48,764 bases of DNA from a bacterium (GTDB lineage Bacteria; Desulfobacterota; DSWW01), in contig JBFLZG010000156.1 of NCBI GenBank assembly GCA_040756235.1, positions 1 through 48,764 of the forward strand. The letters run 5' to 3'. The position numbers and the translations under genes were made by a program. A model generated the notes under the pieces. It did no database searches and was not told where the DNA came from. It saw only the letters and a list, made by a program, of their open reading frames with translations. Positions 37,009-46,969 of the stretch are shown here, in pieces; the first letter of the stretch is position 1, and each line of letters begins with the position of its first letter.

Positions 37009-38175
37009 TCAAGATGCCCGGAGAGCCTTGCCGCCCTTGAGGTAGATCCTGGGCACTCTGCGGCTTACGGCACACAGCAACTCGTAGGGGATCGTCCCGA
37101 CCGAGCGGGCCAGATCCTCCACGGGCAGATGGCCGCCCGCGCCGCGGCCGAACAAGACCACCTCGTCCCCTTCCGCCGCGGCCGCCAGGTCCGTCACATC
37201 CGCCAGAGTCAGGTCCATCGTCACCGTGCCCACCACGGGAACGAGGGATCCGCGGACGAGCACCCGCGCCCGGTTGGAGAAGTCCCTGCGGTAGCCGTCC
37301 GCGTACCCGACCGGCAGAACGGCGATCCTGGAGTCTCGCCGCGTTCGGAAAGTGCCTCCGTAGCTCAACGGGGTTCCGGCCGGCACGGCCCTGACGGCGA
37401 GCACGCTGGTCCGGAAGGTCATGGCGGGCCGAACCTCGACCCCGGCGCCCAGCTTCGGATCCGGCCGCACGCCGTAAAGCATAATGCCGGGCCGCACCCC
37501 GGACCAGGTCCGCTCCGGGTACCCGAGGATGCCCGCGCTGTTGGCGAGGTGCACCTTTTGCGGCGCCTCTCCCCAGAGGCGGGTGGCTTCCAGCACTCCT
37601 TCATCGAACCGCGAAAACTGCAGCTCCGTGAACCCCGGGTCCGATTCCGCCGCAGCAAGGTGGCTCAGCACACCCTCGAGGCGAATCCAGGGGTTTTGCC
37701 GGAGCTCGGCCATCACGATCAGCCACTGGTCCCGCGCGATCCCCAGACGGCCCATGCCCGTGTCGAGCTTGAGATGCACGGAGACCCGCTTGCCGATTCT
37801 GCGCGCCGCCTCCGACACTCTCGCGGCCGAGCCGGGCGAATAAACGACCGGCGTCAGGTCTGCTTCGAGAGCTTCCTCGATGCCCGAGGAACAGACTCCC
37901 AGGACCAGGACCGGCGTGCGGATGCCCGCCCTCCGGAGCTCGAGGCCTTCCTCTACCGTGGCCACCCCGAAACCCTGCACGCCGAGAGCCTCCAGCTCAC
38001 GGCTTACAGGGACCGCGCCGTGTCCGTAGGCGTCCGCCTTGACGATTGCGTAGATCTGCGTGCCGGCAGACAGAAGTCCCCGGATCGCCTGGAAGTTGAA
38101 GGCGATCGCATCCAAATCGACGATGGCCAGGGTCGGTCTGAAGGAGCGCTCTGGAAGGGTGCCGGACGAATCCAT
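37009..38175 (-). CDS. alr: Alanine racemase
   Basis: AIVKADAYGHG PLP lysine, HLKLDTGMGRLG, RPGIMLYG, GYADG, MDL and TIPYE. Confidence 0.96.
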   Translation of the reverse strand: MDSSGTLPERSFRPTLAIVDLDAIAFNFQAIRGLLSAGTQIYAIVKADAYGHGAVPVSRELEALGVQGFGVATVEEGLELRRAGIRTPVLVLGVCSSGIEEALEADLTPVVYSPGSAARVSEAARRIGKRVSVHLKLDTGMGRLGIARDQWLIVMAELRQNPWIRLEGVLSHLAAAESDPGFTELQFSRFDEGVLEATRLWGEAPQKVHLANSAGILGYPERTWSGVRPGIMLYGVRPDPKLGAGVEVRPAMTFRTSVLAVRAVPAGTPLSYGGTFRTRRDSRIAVLPVGYADGYRRDFSNRARVLVRGSLVPVVGTVTMDLTLADVTDLAAAAEGDEVVLFGRGAGGHLPVEDLARSVGTIPYELLCAVSRRVPRIYLKGGKALRAS

Positions 38176-38176
38176 G

Positions 38177-38199
38177 CTCAAGTGTAACTAACACTTGAG
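38177..38199. promoter_or_regulatory. Perfect inverted repeat abutting the alr start
   Basis: CTCAAGTGT-AACTA-ACACTTGAG (9-bp arms, 5-bp spacer). Confidence 0.45.
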
Positions 38200-38259
38200 G
38201 AGGGAAAAGTAAAGAAATGGGGAAGTCGGGAGGGCGCCCGGCCGCTCGCCCCCATTGTT

Positions 38260-39645
38260 TCAGCAAAGGTGCTTGGGCCTGGGGGACAGGTCCGGAGGAC
38301 GCAGCCCGAAATCGGGCGAGTCGCCGATGACGGAGACCGGCAGGGTGAAGTGAAACGTGCTCCCGTGGCCATAGATGCTCTCGGCCCAGATCTCGCCGTG
38401 ATGCGCCGCAATGATCTCCTTACAGATCGACAGTCCGAGGCCGGTCCCCTTGGTCATCCCGCGCAAGGTGTCCCCGACGCGGTTGAACCGCTCGAACAGG
38501 TTCGGGAGGTCGTGCGGAAGGATGCCGCCGCCCTTGTCCGCAACCGAAACGTGGACGAAATCCGTACGGTCCCCGGCTCTCCTTCCCTCCAGAAGCTCGG
38601 CTTCCACCCGGATCCGGCTCCCCTCGGGGCTGAACTTGATGGCGTTTGCCAGCAGGTTGGTCAGGACCTGGTGGATCCTGTCCTCGTCACCGCTGAAGGC
38701 GGGCAGGCCGTCCTGAATGGACACCTCCACTTCGAGCTGCCTGGAGGAAAGGAGACTCTGAACGTTCCGTACGGCCCGTCCGATCACCGTGCGGGGCGCA
38801 AGCTTCTCGAACCGCCATTCCATGCGCCCGGCTTTGATTTTGGAGAGATCCAGCACATTGTCGATGAGCCTGCCCAACCGCTCGCTCTCGCTCTGAATGA
38901 TGGAAAGGAACTCTTTCTGGGTCTGGGGATCTTCTCCCGGGTAGCTGAGGAGGATCTCGGCAAAGGAGCGGATCGAGGTCAGGGGCGTGCGGAACTCGTG
39001 CGACACGGATGAAAGAAAAGCGTCTTTCATGGCATCGAGGGCCTTCAGATCCTCGTAGGCCTTTTCCAGCTTCGCGGTCCGCTCCATGACGCGCTTCTCG
39101 ATCTCCTCGCTGATTCTTCGCAACTCCTCGTCGGTCGACGCCGCATGTTCTTGGACTTCCGCCAGGGGCGGCAGGAGCTCCTCCTGTTGCGCCGTGTCCG
39201 GCCTTTCCGCGATCTCCGGGGACACGCTGCGCTGCCACCCGTAGGCGGAAAGGTCCCGCACCAGCAGAAGGGCGCCTCCGCTCTCGCGCAGCTTGCTCGT
39301 GACGATCTCCAGGGCCAGCGTGCCTCCCCCTTTCTTCTTGCCGGTGGCCAGCCCGATGTGGTAGCCCTGCAGCTCGAGCAGATCGTAGATCTCATTACAG
39401 CGGTCCGTCTTGGTACGCCTGTCGAAGTAGAGCAGGTCCGTGGTCCTGCCGATGATCTCGTCCGGCCGATAGCCGAATATCTCCTCGACCGCCGGGCTGC
39501 ACATCTGTATCGTCCTGTCCGGGGAGACCACCATCAGGACATAGGGCTGGATCTCCGAGAGGATGAGCTCCTGCGTTTCGAATCTGCGGCGCAGCTCGTC
39601 CAGCTCCCGGATCAGCTCATCCTTCGTCTTTTCCTGGTTCTTCAT
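38260..39645 (-). CDS. Cytoplasmic PAS-domain sensor histidine kinase
   Basis: PAS region (IFGYRPDEIIG); H-box SHEFRTPLTSI; N-box NLLANAIKF; G boxes DKGGG and GTGLGL. Confidence 0.92.
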   Translation of the reverse strand: MKNQEKTKDELIRELDELRRRFETQELILSEIQPYVLMVVSPDRTIQMCSPAVEEIFGYRPDEIIGRTTDLLYFDRRTKTDRCNEIYDLLELQGYHIGLATGKKKGGGTLALEIVTSKLRESGGALLLVRDLSAYGWQRSVSPEIAERPDTAQQEELLPPLAEVQEHAASTDEELRRISEEIEKRVMERTAKLEKAYEDLKALDAMKDAFLSSVSHEFRTPLTSIRSFAEILLSYPGEDPQTQKEFLSIIQSESERLGRLIDNVLDLSKIKAGRMEWRFEKLAPRTVIGRAVRNVQSLLSSRQLEVEVSIQDGLPAFSGDEDRIHQVLTNLLANAIKFSPEGSRIRVEAELLEGRRAGDRTDFVHVSVADKGGGILPHDLPNLFERFNRVGDTLRGMTKGTGLGLSICKEIIAAHHGEIWAESIYGHGSTFHFTLPVSVIGDSPDFGLRPPDLSPRPKHLC

Positions 39646-39675
39646 CGAGGTGTCCCCCTCACGATCGCCTGGCTT

Positions 39676-40074
39676 TCACAGAGGGCAGGGGCCGCCGCAC
39701 GGAGAGGCCTGCAGGGAGTTGTCCAAGGCATTTCGGAACGCCTCCAGGCGGAAGGGCTTGATGAACAGGTCAGAAGCCCCGAGCTGCTGCGCCTTCTGCC
39801 GGTCGATCTGCTCGGGATGGCCGGTGACCAGCAGGATGGGCACGATCGGGAAGGCGCGCCGAAGCTCTTCGAGCACGTCCGTGCCCACCACGTCCGGCAA
39901 GATGAGGTCCAGGATGATGAGGTCGACCTGCTCCGCCTCCATGATCCGCTTTGCCTTCTCGTAGGTGGGCGCGACAAGGGAGATGACATCGAGGCCGACG
40001 GCCTCGATGATCTGCATGTACGTGGCGATCGTCGGAATGCTGTCTTCGATGATGAGGATCGTCTTGGTGCTCAT
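39676..40074 (-). CDS. Single-domain response regulator receiver
   Basis: IIED, LDLILPD phosphoacceptor, VTG and KPF; ATG at 40074. Confidence 0.85.
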   Translation of the reverse strand: MSTKTILIIEDSIPTIATYMQIIEAVGLDVISLVAPTYEKAKRIMEAEQVDLIILDLILPDVVGTDVLEELRRAFPIVPILLVTGHPEQIDRQKAQQLGASDLFIKPFRLEAFRNALDNSLQASPCGGPCPL

Positions 40075-40342
40075 TTCACCCGGCCCGTCCTTTGCGTCCT
40101 GGCAAGGAAAGCCGGTGCAATTCCTCTGCCAGCTCCGGCGGCCGCACGCTTCGATCCCAACCCGCTGGTTTCGCAATTGAACGCGCGCCCCCCCCCGACA
40201 GAGGATCTCCCGCGCTCCCCTCATAATGAGAATCATGGACGCAAAATTTATCAGAATGAGAGGAAGGCCCGCAGTACTTGGGAGAAGAGCCGCGGCCGCA
40301 TGTTCGCCCGAGGCCGCCCGCACGAAAGGCTGCAGGGGCAGG

Positions 40343-41647
40343 TCAGCGGGAGAGTTGCTTCCGGAGGACGTCGAAGGTGTCCCGCGCGATGGCCTGGCCG
40401 AGCGCGTCTCCGACCAGGGGGGTCACGTAGAAGAAGTGAAGCCCGGCACGGCCGTTGAACGTGGACATGGCCAGTGTAATGACTCCCGTCTGCCGGGCCT
40501 GGACGCTGGCAGCGGTGGTCATGTCGAGCACCTTCAAATCACCGAAGCCGGGCGGCACCCTGACGACGCCGTCGTTGGTGATGTGGTTGAAGATCCTCGG
40601 CTTCCTGAGCGCCCGGACGAAGGAGTCCTGAGATCGGTGGATCCGGAAGGCCATCCTTCGAAGGAGGAGGCCCGGATAGAACATCTCCCCGCGGGAGATG
40701 GCGTCTGCGACTTTCGTCTTCACGTCGGCGGCCAGGTCCCACAAATCGGCTGCCTCGCCCGGCCGATGCATCGTAGGCACGCCCGAGGCAGCGAAGCAGC
40801 AGACGTCGTCCGGGAGCGGCGGGTCGAGAAAGCTCCGCACGCCCACGGAGCTCTGCAGGCCGATGTGCTCGTTACCGGAGAGACGGACATGGCGGCTGAT
40901 CGCTTCGAGGTACGCCGCCCCCACGGCGCCGAAAAGGGTTGTGCCGCGGGCACGGCACTTTCCCAGGAGAGCTTGGGTCTCCTCCGGGCTCAGCGAGCCC
41001 GGCAGAAACCGGAGCCAGACCCCCTGATTCTCGCCGCGACTCTCTGCGGGAAGCTGCCTCTCCCGGGAGGCGATCCTGCCCAGCCGTTGCCGGAAGAACA
41101 CCAGAAGCGACTTCGTTCTGCCGAACCGCAGGTATTTCCGCTCGATGCAGGTGTCGAAGGCCGGCGGCAGGCCGGCAGCCGGGACTTCGAACCGCTCCCT
41201 CGTCGAGAGTCGGTGATAGTCGGAGAGAACGTCGCGCACGACGCAGGCCGATGACGGTCCGTCCGTGATGCAGTGATGGAAAGTGAAGACGAGGTCGGTT
41301 GCGTCTCTCCCTTCGATCAGGACGACTCGAAGCAGCGGGTGGTTCGAGGCCGGGATCGGCACGTTGAGCTCGAGCTCGGTCTCGCGGACCCAGCGGTCCG
41401 GCTCGCTGCCCTGCAGGACCCGGACCGGGACCCTGAGCGATCCGTCCCGGACGAATCTCGCCCGCCCCCCCGCAGAATCGACGCGGACCGAAAGAAGCGG
41501 GTGCCTCTGCTGCGCCAGCCGCAGAGCCTGTTCGAGCGTCTGCAGGGAAAGGCGACCCTGGACGGACACCGTCCAGATCAGGTTTGCCGCGCTGGAAAGC
41601 CCGAGTCTCCACCAGAACAGCTCGCCCGTCCCGAGGTCTCTCTCCAT
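40343..41647 (-). CDS. Stand-alone condensation-domain acyltransferase (PapA5/alcohol acetyltransferase-like), paralog A
   Basis: RHPLL, PLLRVVL, FHHCITDG catalytic motif, KCRARGTT and LWDLA. Confidence 0.8.
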   Translation of the reverse strand: MERDLGTGELFWWRLGLSSAANLIWTVSVQGRLSLQTLEQALRLAQQRHPLLSVRVDSAGGRARFVRDGSLRVPVRVLQGSEPDRWVRETELELNVPIPASNHPLLRVVLIEGRDATDLVFTFHHCITDGPSSACVVRDVLSDYHRLSTRERFEVPAAGLPPAFDTCIERKYLRFGRTKSLLVFFRQRLGRIASRERQLPAESRGENQGVWLRFLPGSLSPEETQALLGKCRARGTTLFGAVGAAYLEAISRHVRLSGNEHIGLQSSVGVRSFLDPPLPDDVCCFAASGVPTMHRPGEAADLWDLAADVKTKVADAISRGEMFYPGLLLRRMAFRIHRSQDSFVRALRKPRIFNHITNDGVVRVPPGFGDLKVLDMTTAASVQARQTGVITLAMSTFNGRAGLHFFYVTPLVGDALGQAIARDTFDVLRKQLSR

Positions 41648-41663
41648 GCACGGCCCCTTGCTA

Positions 41664-41696
41664 TCAGGTGCCAGGTTTCGGGTGTCAGGTGTCAGG
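41664..41696 (+). repeat. Heptamer tandem repeat (CAGGTGT)n
   Basis: CAGGTGC CAGGTTT CGGGTGT CAGGTGT CAGG. Confidence 0.6.
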
Positions 41697-41923
41697 CCCT
41701 CCTCAGCCCAACCTGGCGGATGCTCCTATTGACCTTGTATATCGAGCCGACCGACAACCCGTGGGGCGAACTTTAACATGGCGCAAAAAAACGAGACAAG
41801 CATTTATTCTCGTATCGCTCCCGCCGGATCCTGGCGCCCGGCCCCGGGGCGCACTCTTCACCCGGCCGGCGGCCGTGCCGGACAGGAGCGGCCGGAGGTC
41901 CGCCGCCGCACGCGTGATTCCGC

Positions 41924-41953
41924 TTGACCGTGCTTTCGCCGCGCGGCTATTGT
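41924..41953 (+). promoter_or_regulatory. Candidate sigma70 promoter for paralog B
   Basis: TTGACC-18 bp-TATTGT upstream of GAGG and the ATG at 41982. Confidence 0.35.
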
Positions 41954-41981
41954 GCATCAGCCGCTCGTCATGAGGTAAGGC

Positions 41982-43286
41982 ATGGATCGGAAGCTGGGAA
42001 TCGATGAAGAATTCTGGCGGAGACTGGGGCTCTGCGCGATCGTCAACATCACCCTGATCGCAAAGGTGAACGGTCATCTGCCGGTCGAGGCCTTCCGGCA
42101 GGCCTTGAGCGCCACCTGCAAGGCCTACCCGCTCCTGGGCGTCTGCTTTGAGGTCACCCGGGGTGGACCCAGGTTCGTGCCTGTCGGGGAAGACGGACCG
42201 CTCCCCCTGCGGACAACAGAGCGGACCTCGGAAAGCCAGTGGATGTCCGAGGCCGAGCGGGAGCACAACACCTCGTTCCTCCCGGACCGTGGTCCCCTCT
42301 TTCGGGCGGTCCTCCTGAGCGGCGCGAGCGCTTCCGAAATTATCCTGACCATCCACCACGGCATCGCGGACCTCTGCGCGGTCTACATCATGGAGGACCT
42401 GCTGTCCTCGTGCGGCCGGGTCCTCGAAGGGCAGTCGCCGGCATTCTCGGCCGAGACCCTCCCGGATCCGGTCGAGTCGCGGGTCCCGCGCAGGTACCGG
42501 CGGCTCTCGGGCGTGGGGCTGCTGCGCGTCCTCCGGAGGAGGTGGAGGGCGAGATCGGCCGTCTTCAAGCAACTTTCTCGATCCGAGCCCGACTGTCCAA
42601 TGGCCGAACGCACGAACCATTTCGTCCTCCAATCCTTGTCGCCGGACGAGACGCGGGGCCTGATCGAAGCCTGCCGCAGCCACCGGGTCAGCTTCTATGG
42701 AGCCACGGCGACAGCCTTCCTGATCGCCATGGGCCGCCATCTGAGGCTTCGGGAAGGCGAAATGATGGCCCTCTCGAACGCGGTCAGCCTGCGGAGTTAC
42801 CTGGAACCGCCTCTGGGGGAGCGGGTCTGCTGCTGCGCGGTCGGCGCGATCACGACCAGCCACGGCGCCCCCGATGCCTCGCGCTTCTGGCGCCTGGCGG
42901 CCGAGGCCAGGGCGGCGGTGTCCGAAGCAATCGATCGGGGCGAGCTCTTCTTTCCCGCCTACCCGCTCAGGAGGTGGTTCCTTCTCTGGGCCCGTTCCCG
43001 GGAGAGGTTCGCACACACCCTGTCCCGCAACACGAGGACCGCCGGTGTGCTCTCCAGCCTCGGGGCGCTCCGCATTTCGACAGACTACGGCAGCATGCGG
43101 TTGCGTTCCCTGGTCATCCTCGGCCCTCCTCACGTCTGCAAGGGGCTTTTTCTGATCGCCTACACGCTGGGCGGAATCGCCTGCTTCACGTTCATGTACG
43201 CCCGGCCCCTCATAGACCCTGCTCTGGCCGAGGAGGTCGCGCAGGGCACGCTGGCCGTTCTCAGGGAACACGCGGCGCTGCCGTGA
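41982..43286 (+). CDS. Stand-alone condensation-domain acyltransferase, paralog B
   Basis: YPLL, PLFRAVL, IHHGIAD motif, ACRSHRVS and FWRLA; colinear with paralog A. Confidence 0.8.
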   Translation: MDRKLGIDEEFWRRLGLCAIVNITLIAKVNGHLPVEAFRQALSATCKAYPLLGVCFEVTRGGPRFVPVGEDGPLPLRTTERTSESQWMSEAEREHNTSFLPDRGPLFRAVLLSGASASEIILTIHHGIADLCAVYIMEDLLSSCGRVLEGQSPAFSAETLPDPVESRVPRRYRRLSGVGLLRVLRRRWRARSAVFKQLSRSEPDCPMAERTNHFVLQSLSPDETRGLIEACRSHRVSFYGATATAFLIAMGRHLRLREGEMMALSNAVSLRSYLEPPLGERVCCCAVGAITTSHGAPDASRFWRLAAEARAAVSEAIDRGELFFPAYPLRRWFLLWARSRERFAHTLSRNTRTAGVLSSLGALRISTDYGSMRLRSLVILGPPHVCKGLFLIAYTLGGIACFTFMYARPLIDPALAEEVAQGTLAVLREHAALP

Positions 43287-43370
43287 CGAGGCCGCGGATG
43301 AACCTGAGTGCTCCGTTGCAGCCCGCCACGTCGCCGCCGGCCAGAGCGATCCGCTTGCGGGACCGCATCC

Positions 43371-44927
43371 TCATCCTGCCCTCGGCTTGGGCATCAGAAA
43401 GAGATGGATCAGGAGGACCGTCAGGAGCGGGACGCAGAGTCCGACGGCGAGGACCGTGATCAGCAGGTGCCCCAGCTCCGCGTAGTGCCCCCGCTCGATC
43501 ACGAAGATCTGGTTCACGTACTGCGTGGCCAGGCTGCTCGCGGACAGGGCCAGGTTCGTGAAGGCCGCCATCACGGCGAAGTAGGTCGCCTTCTGTTCCC
43601 GGGGCGCCTCGCGCGCGATCCACGCCAGCATCGGAATCATGGCCACCTGATTGAGCGGCGAGTCGGCCATGGTGTCCACGATGGCGATGGTGCGGGCGCC
43701 GAAGCCGAAGTGCTGCATGGTCCACTCGTGCAGGCCGAAGTACATGCCCACGTACGGCAGCGAGACCAGGGTGCCGTACAGGGATAGAAAGACGACGATG
43801 TAGGGGACCGAGTGCCTTCCCATCCAGCCCCGCAGCGCGATCATGCCCACGATCACCAGGATGGAGGAGATCTGGCGGAGCGTGCCGAAGAAAGCCTCGT
43901 CGAAGCCCAGGGAATCGATCTGCCACCAGCCGGCCCCGGCGCCGGCCGTCGGCATGGCGCGAAAGACGAAGATGACGACGGCGATTCCGACGATCTCCCG
44001 GCGCTTGAAGGGCTCGAGCTCCTTCAAGAGCAGCGCGATGAGGAAGCCGATGACCCCCAGGGAGGCAAACAGGATCAGCTCTTCCTTGAAGCCGATCCCG
44101 GAGAGTCCGACCGCCAGGGTGACGGCCACGAACATCCCGCTGCCGGCCAGGATGTACCAGTTCGGGGCCGGAGCCTGGTCCCGGACCTCGACCATCCTGC
44201 GGATCTCCTCCTCCTTGAAGCCTTCCCTGCGAAGCCGCTTGCGCCGGCGCCGGGCGAGCCGGCCGGCCAGCAGGACACCCATGACGGAGATGACCGGAAT
44301 GACCAGGGCGATCTGGTACATCACTTCGTACGAGAACACCTTGGCCAGCCAGCCGCCGGTGCCGGCCACCAGGGCGCTGCCCCCCACGATGGCGATGCGG
44401 CCGAGGGTCTGCATGGTGACGTGCATGCGGCGGGATTGCTCTTCGCCGATCGGCGACCCGTCCTCCCGGACCGCGGGGACCGCCTCGACGGTCATGGCGT
44501 CCGCCACCACATCCTGGAGCATGAACCCGATGGGAGAGAGGATGACGGAGATGATGTACCAGACGCCGAGCGGGAGCACGGCGGCCATCCGGTCCGGATG
44601 GCCGGTCAGGCCCACCATGATGAGCAGGCTCGCGGCCATCAGCCCGGCGCCGGCGTAGACGAACAGGGACTTCTTCGGCCAGAAGAGGTCCACCATGTGG
44701 CCCACGGGCATCTTCAGCGCCCAGGGCAGCCCGGCCCAGAAGCCCAGGGTCGCCAGGAACGCCGCGCTCAGGCCGAGCCTGTCCTTGACGAAGAAGGTCT
44801 CGATGATGCCGGTGAAGCTCGAGACGCCGGCGGCGAAGTAGACCATGAGCGGCGGCAGATAGCTCCACCGGAATTCCCGGAAGATCCCCATGAAGTCCCG
44901 GGTGAACCACCTCCAGAACCTCGACAC
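43371..44927 (-). CDS. BT1 (folate/biopterin transporter)-like MFS protein
   Basis: LPWALK, QDVVADAMTVE and KATYFAVMAAFTNL motifs; about 12 hydrophobic helices. Confidence 0.7.
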   Translation of the reverse strand: MSRFWRWFTRDFMGIFREFRWSYLPPLMVYFAAGVSSFTGIIETFFVKDRLGLSAAFLATLGFWAGLPWALKMPVGHMVDLFWPKKSLFVYAGAGLMAASLLIMVGLTGHPDRMAAVLPLGVWYIISVILSPIGFMLQDVVADAMTVEAVPAVREDGSPIGEEQSRRMHVTMQTLGRIAIVGGSALVAGTGGWLAKVFSYEVMYQIALVIPVISVMGVLLAGRLARRRRKRLRREGFKEEEIRRMVEVRDQAPAPNWYILAGSGMFVAVTLAVGLSGIGFKEELILFASLGVIGFLIALLLKELEPFKRREIVGIAVVIFVFRAMPTAGAGAGWWQIDSLGFDEAFFGTLRQISSILVIVGMIALRGWMGRHSVPYIVVFLSLYGTLVSLPYVGMYFGLHEWTMQHFGFGARTIAIVDTMADSPLNQVAMIPMLAWIAREAPREQKATYFAVMAAFTNLALSASSLATQYVNQIFVIERGHYAELGHLLITVLAVGLCVPLLTVLLIHLFLMPKPRAG

Positions 44928-44942
44928 CGAACCTCCTCTCCT

Positions 44943-46958
44943 TCAGGAGCCGAACACGAACAGGACGTCGCCCGCGTCCACGGCCTGTCCCGGCCGCACC
45001 ATCACTTTCTCCACGACCGCGTCTCGCGGGGCGGCCACGCCGCTCTCCATCTTCATGGACTCGATGGCCACGAGCTCCTGTCCCCTGTAGACCCGCTCCC
45101 CTTCTCGCACCCGGATGTCCACGATCATGCCCGGCATCGGAGAGGGCAGGACGTTCTCCGGCCTCTTCTCCGGCGGGAGCGGCACGTAGGGAGTGAGCTT
45201 CCACTCGAGCGGGCTGTAGATCTCCAGCGTGCGGGTGATCCCGTTGAACGCCGCCCAGGTGAAGTTCACCCGGGGGTGGAGGATGAAGCGGTGGACTTCG
45301 CCGTCGATCTCGAGCTTGAGCCTTCTGCGATAGAATTCGAACCTGGGTGTCACCACCCGGTAATCGGTTCCGTTCACCCGCACCTCCCAGTGGTCCGGAG
45401 AAGGCTCCACCTGGCGCAGTCGCACCTCAAAAACGTCTTCATCGCCCTTCACCATGTAGTCGCACCAGGGCTTGGAAGCCGGAGCGCCGCCCACGTGCGC
45501 CGCCATCGGCTTCAGGGATTCGCGCACCAGGCTCCGGCGGTTGTGGTACACGAGCGTCGCCGCCGTCGCCATGTAATGAAGATCTCGGACCGGAGGGCTG
45601 ATCTTCATCTGGCCTCGCTCGAAGTGGCGGTCGATGAACCCGGTCGAGAGGTCGCCCTTCACGAAGGCCGGATGGTTGAGAATGGCATTGATGAAATGGA
45701 CGTTCGTCGCCACCCCTTCGATGTGATAGCTGTTCAGGGCCCGGACCAAGGTCCTGCGCGCCTCTTCCCGGTCCTCGCCCCAGGAGATCACCTTGGCCAG
45801 CAGCGAATCGTAGTAGGGGCTGACCACGCTGCCGGCCTGAATGCCGCTGTCCACGCGGATGTGCCGGCCGCGCGGCTCGAAATAACGCGTGACGATGCCG
45901 GTCGAGGGCAGGTAGCCGCGCTCGGGATCTTCCGCGCACACCCGGGCCTCGATCGCCCAGCCATGGAAGCCCACTTCCTCCTGGCGAAACGGAAGCCGCT
46001 CCCCGCAGGCCACCCGGAGCTGCAGCTCCACCAGATCCAGAGAGGTCACCATTTCGGTGACGGCGTGCTCGACCTGCAGCCGCGTGTTCATCTCCAGGAA
46101 ACAGACGCCGCCCGACTCCGGGTCCAGGATGAACTCCACGGTGCCGGCGTTCGTGTACCCGGCTTCCCGGGCCAGGGCGCAGGCCATGCGGCCCGCGGCC
46201 TGCCGCATCGAATCGTCAATCGCCGTGGAGGGGGTTTCTTCGATGACCTTCTGGTGGCGCCGCTGAACCGAGCACTCGCGCTCGCCCAGCCAGACCACGT
46301 TCCCGTGCTCGTCCGCCAGGATCTGGACCTCGATGTGGCGCGGGTCCGGCAGGTAGCGCTCCAGGAAGATCTGGGTGTCGCCGAAGGCCTTGCCGGATTC
46401 GTTGCGGGAGACCGCCAGGGCCTTCTCCGCCTCCTCCCTGCCGGCCACGATCCGCATCCCCTTGCCGCCGCCGCCCATGACCGGCTTGAGCAGGATCGGG
46501 TAGCCCGTCGCGGCGGCGGCCGCGATCACCTCACGGGCGTCTGAAAGGGGCGCGAGCGGACCGGGGATGACGGGCACTCCTGCCCGGACCGCCAGGTTCT
46601 TGGAGGCGAGCTTGTCGCCCAGGATGGCGATCGCGGCGGCGGAAGGCCCGATGAACGCGAGCCCTGCTTCCCGGGTCATGCGGGCGAAATCCGGGTTCTC
46701 GGCGAGAAAGCCGTACCCGGGATGAATCGCCTGGCAGCGGGTCGAGAGGGCCGCCTCGATGATTCTTTCCTTTACCAAGTAGGACTGCCCCGCCGGGGCG
46801 GCGCCCACCTGCACCGCCTCGTCCGCCAGCAGGCGGTGCATGGACCGGGAGTCTGCCTCCGAGTACACGGCCGCGGCCCTCACGCCCAGGCGCCTGCAGG
46901 TCCTCAGGATGCGCAGGGCGATCTCGCCGCGGTTGGCGATCAGGATCTTTTCGAACAT
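44943..46958 (-). CDS. pccA: Acyl-CoA (propionyl-CoA-type) carboxylase alpha subunit: biotin carboxylase plus BCCP
   Basis: ANRGEIA, HPGYGFLAEN, GGGGKGM, RECSVQRRHQK, EMNTRLQVEH and ESMKM biotin lysine. Confidence 0.88.
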   Translation of the reverse strand: MFEKILIANRGEIALRILRTCRRLGVRAAAVYSEADSRSMHRLLADEAVQVGAAPAGQSYLVKERIIEAALSTRCQAIHPGYGFLAENPDFARMTREAGLAFIGPSAAAIAILGDKLASKNLAVRAGVPVIPGPLAPLSDAREVIAAAAATGYPILLKPVMGGGGKGMRIVAGREEAEKALAVSRNESGKAFGDTQIFLERYLPDPRHIEVQILADEHGNVVWLGERECSVQRRHQKVIEETPSTAIDDSMRQAAGRMACALAREAGYTNAGTVEFILDPESGGVCFLEMNTRLQVEHAVTEMVTSLDLVELQLRVACGERLPFRQEEVGFHGWAIEARVCAEDPERGYLPSTGIVTRYFEPRGRHIRVDSGIQAGSVVSPYYDSLLAKVISWGEDREEARRTLVRALNSYHIEGVATNVHFINAILNHPAFVKGDLSTGFIDRHFERGQMKISPPVRDLHYMATAATLVYHNRRSLVRESLKPMAAHVGGAPASKPWCDYMVKGDEDVFEVRLRQVEPSPDHWEVRVNGTDYRVVTPRFEFYRRRLKLEIDGEVHRFILHPRVNFTWAAFNGITRTLEIYSPLEWKLTPYVPLPPEKRPENVLPSPMPGMIVDIRVREGERVYRGQELVAIESMKMESGVAAPRDAVVEKVMVRPGQAVDAGDVLFVFGS

Positions 46959-46969
46959 GGAGGCGCGCC

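Noticed and set aside
40343..43286. NRPS biosynthetic gene cluster
   Set aside because: No adenylation, thiolation or thioesterase domains are nearby; the distant AMP-binding enzyme at 14813 is an ordinary acyl-CoA ligase.
43812..46544. 910-aa plus-strand ORF, and similar long ORFs at 31405-33354, 27964-29763, 46988-48631, 14087-16495 and 23075-24616
   Set aside because: Antisense shadows of well-supported genes in GC-rich DNA with no recognisable motifs. Only the last approximately 120 codons of 14087-16495 are real (the TPP remnant).
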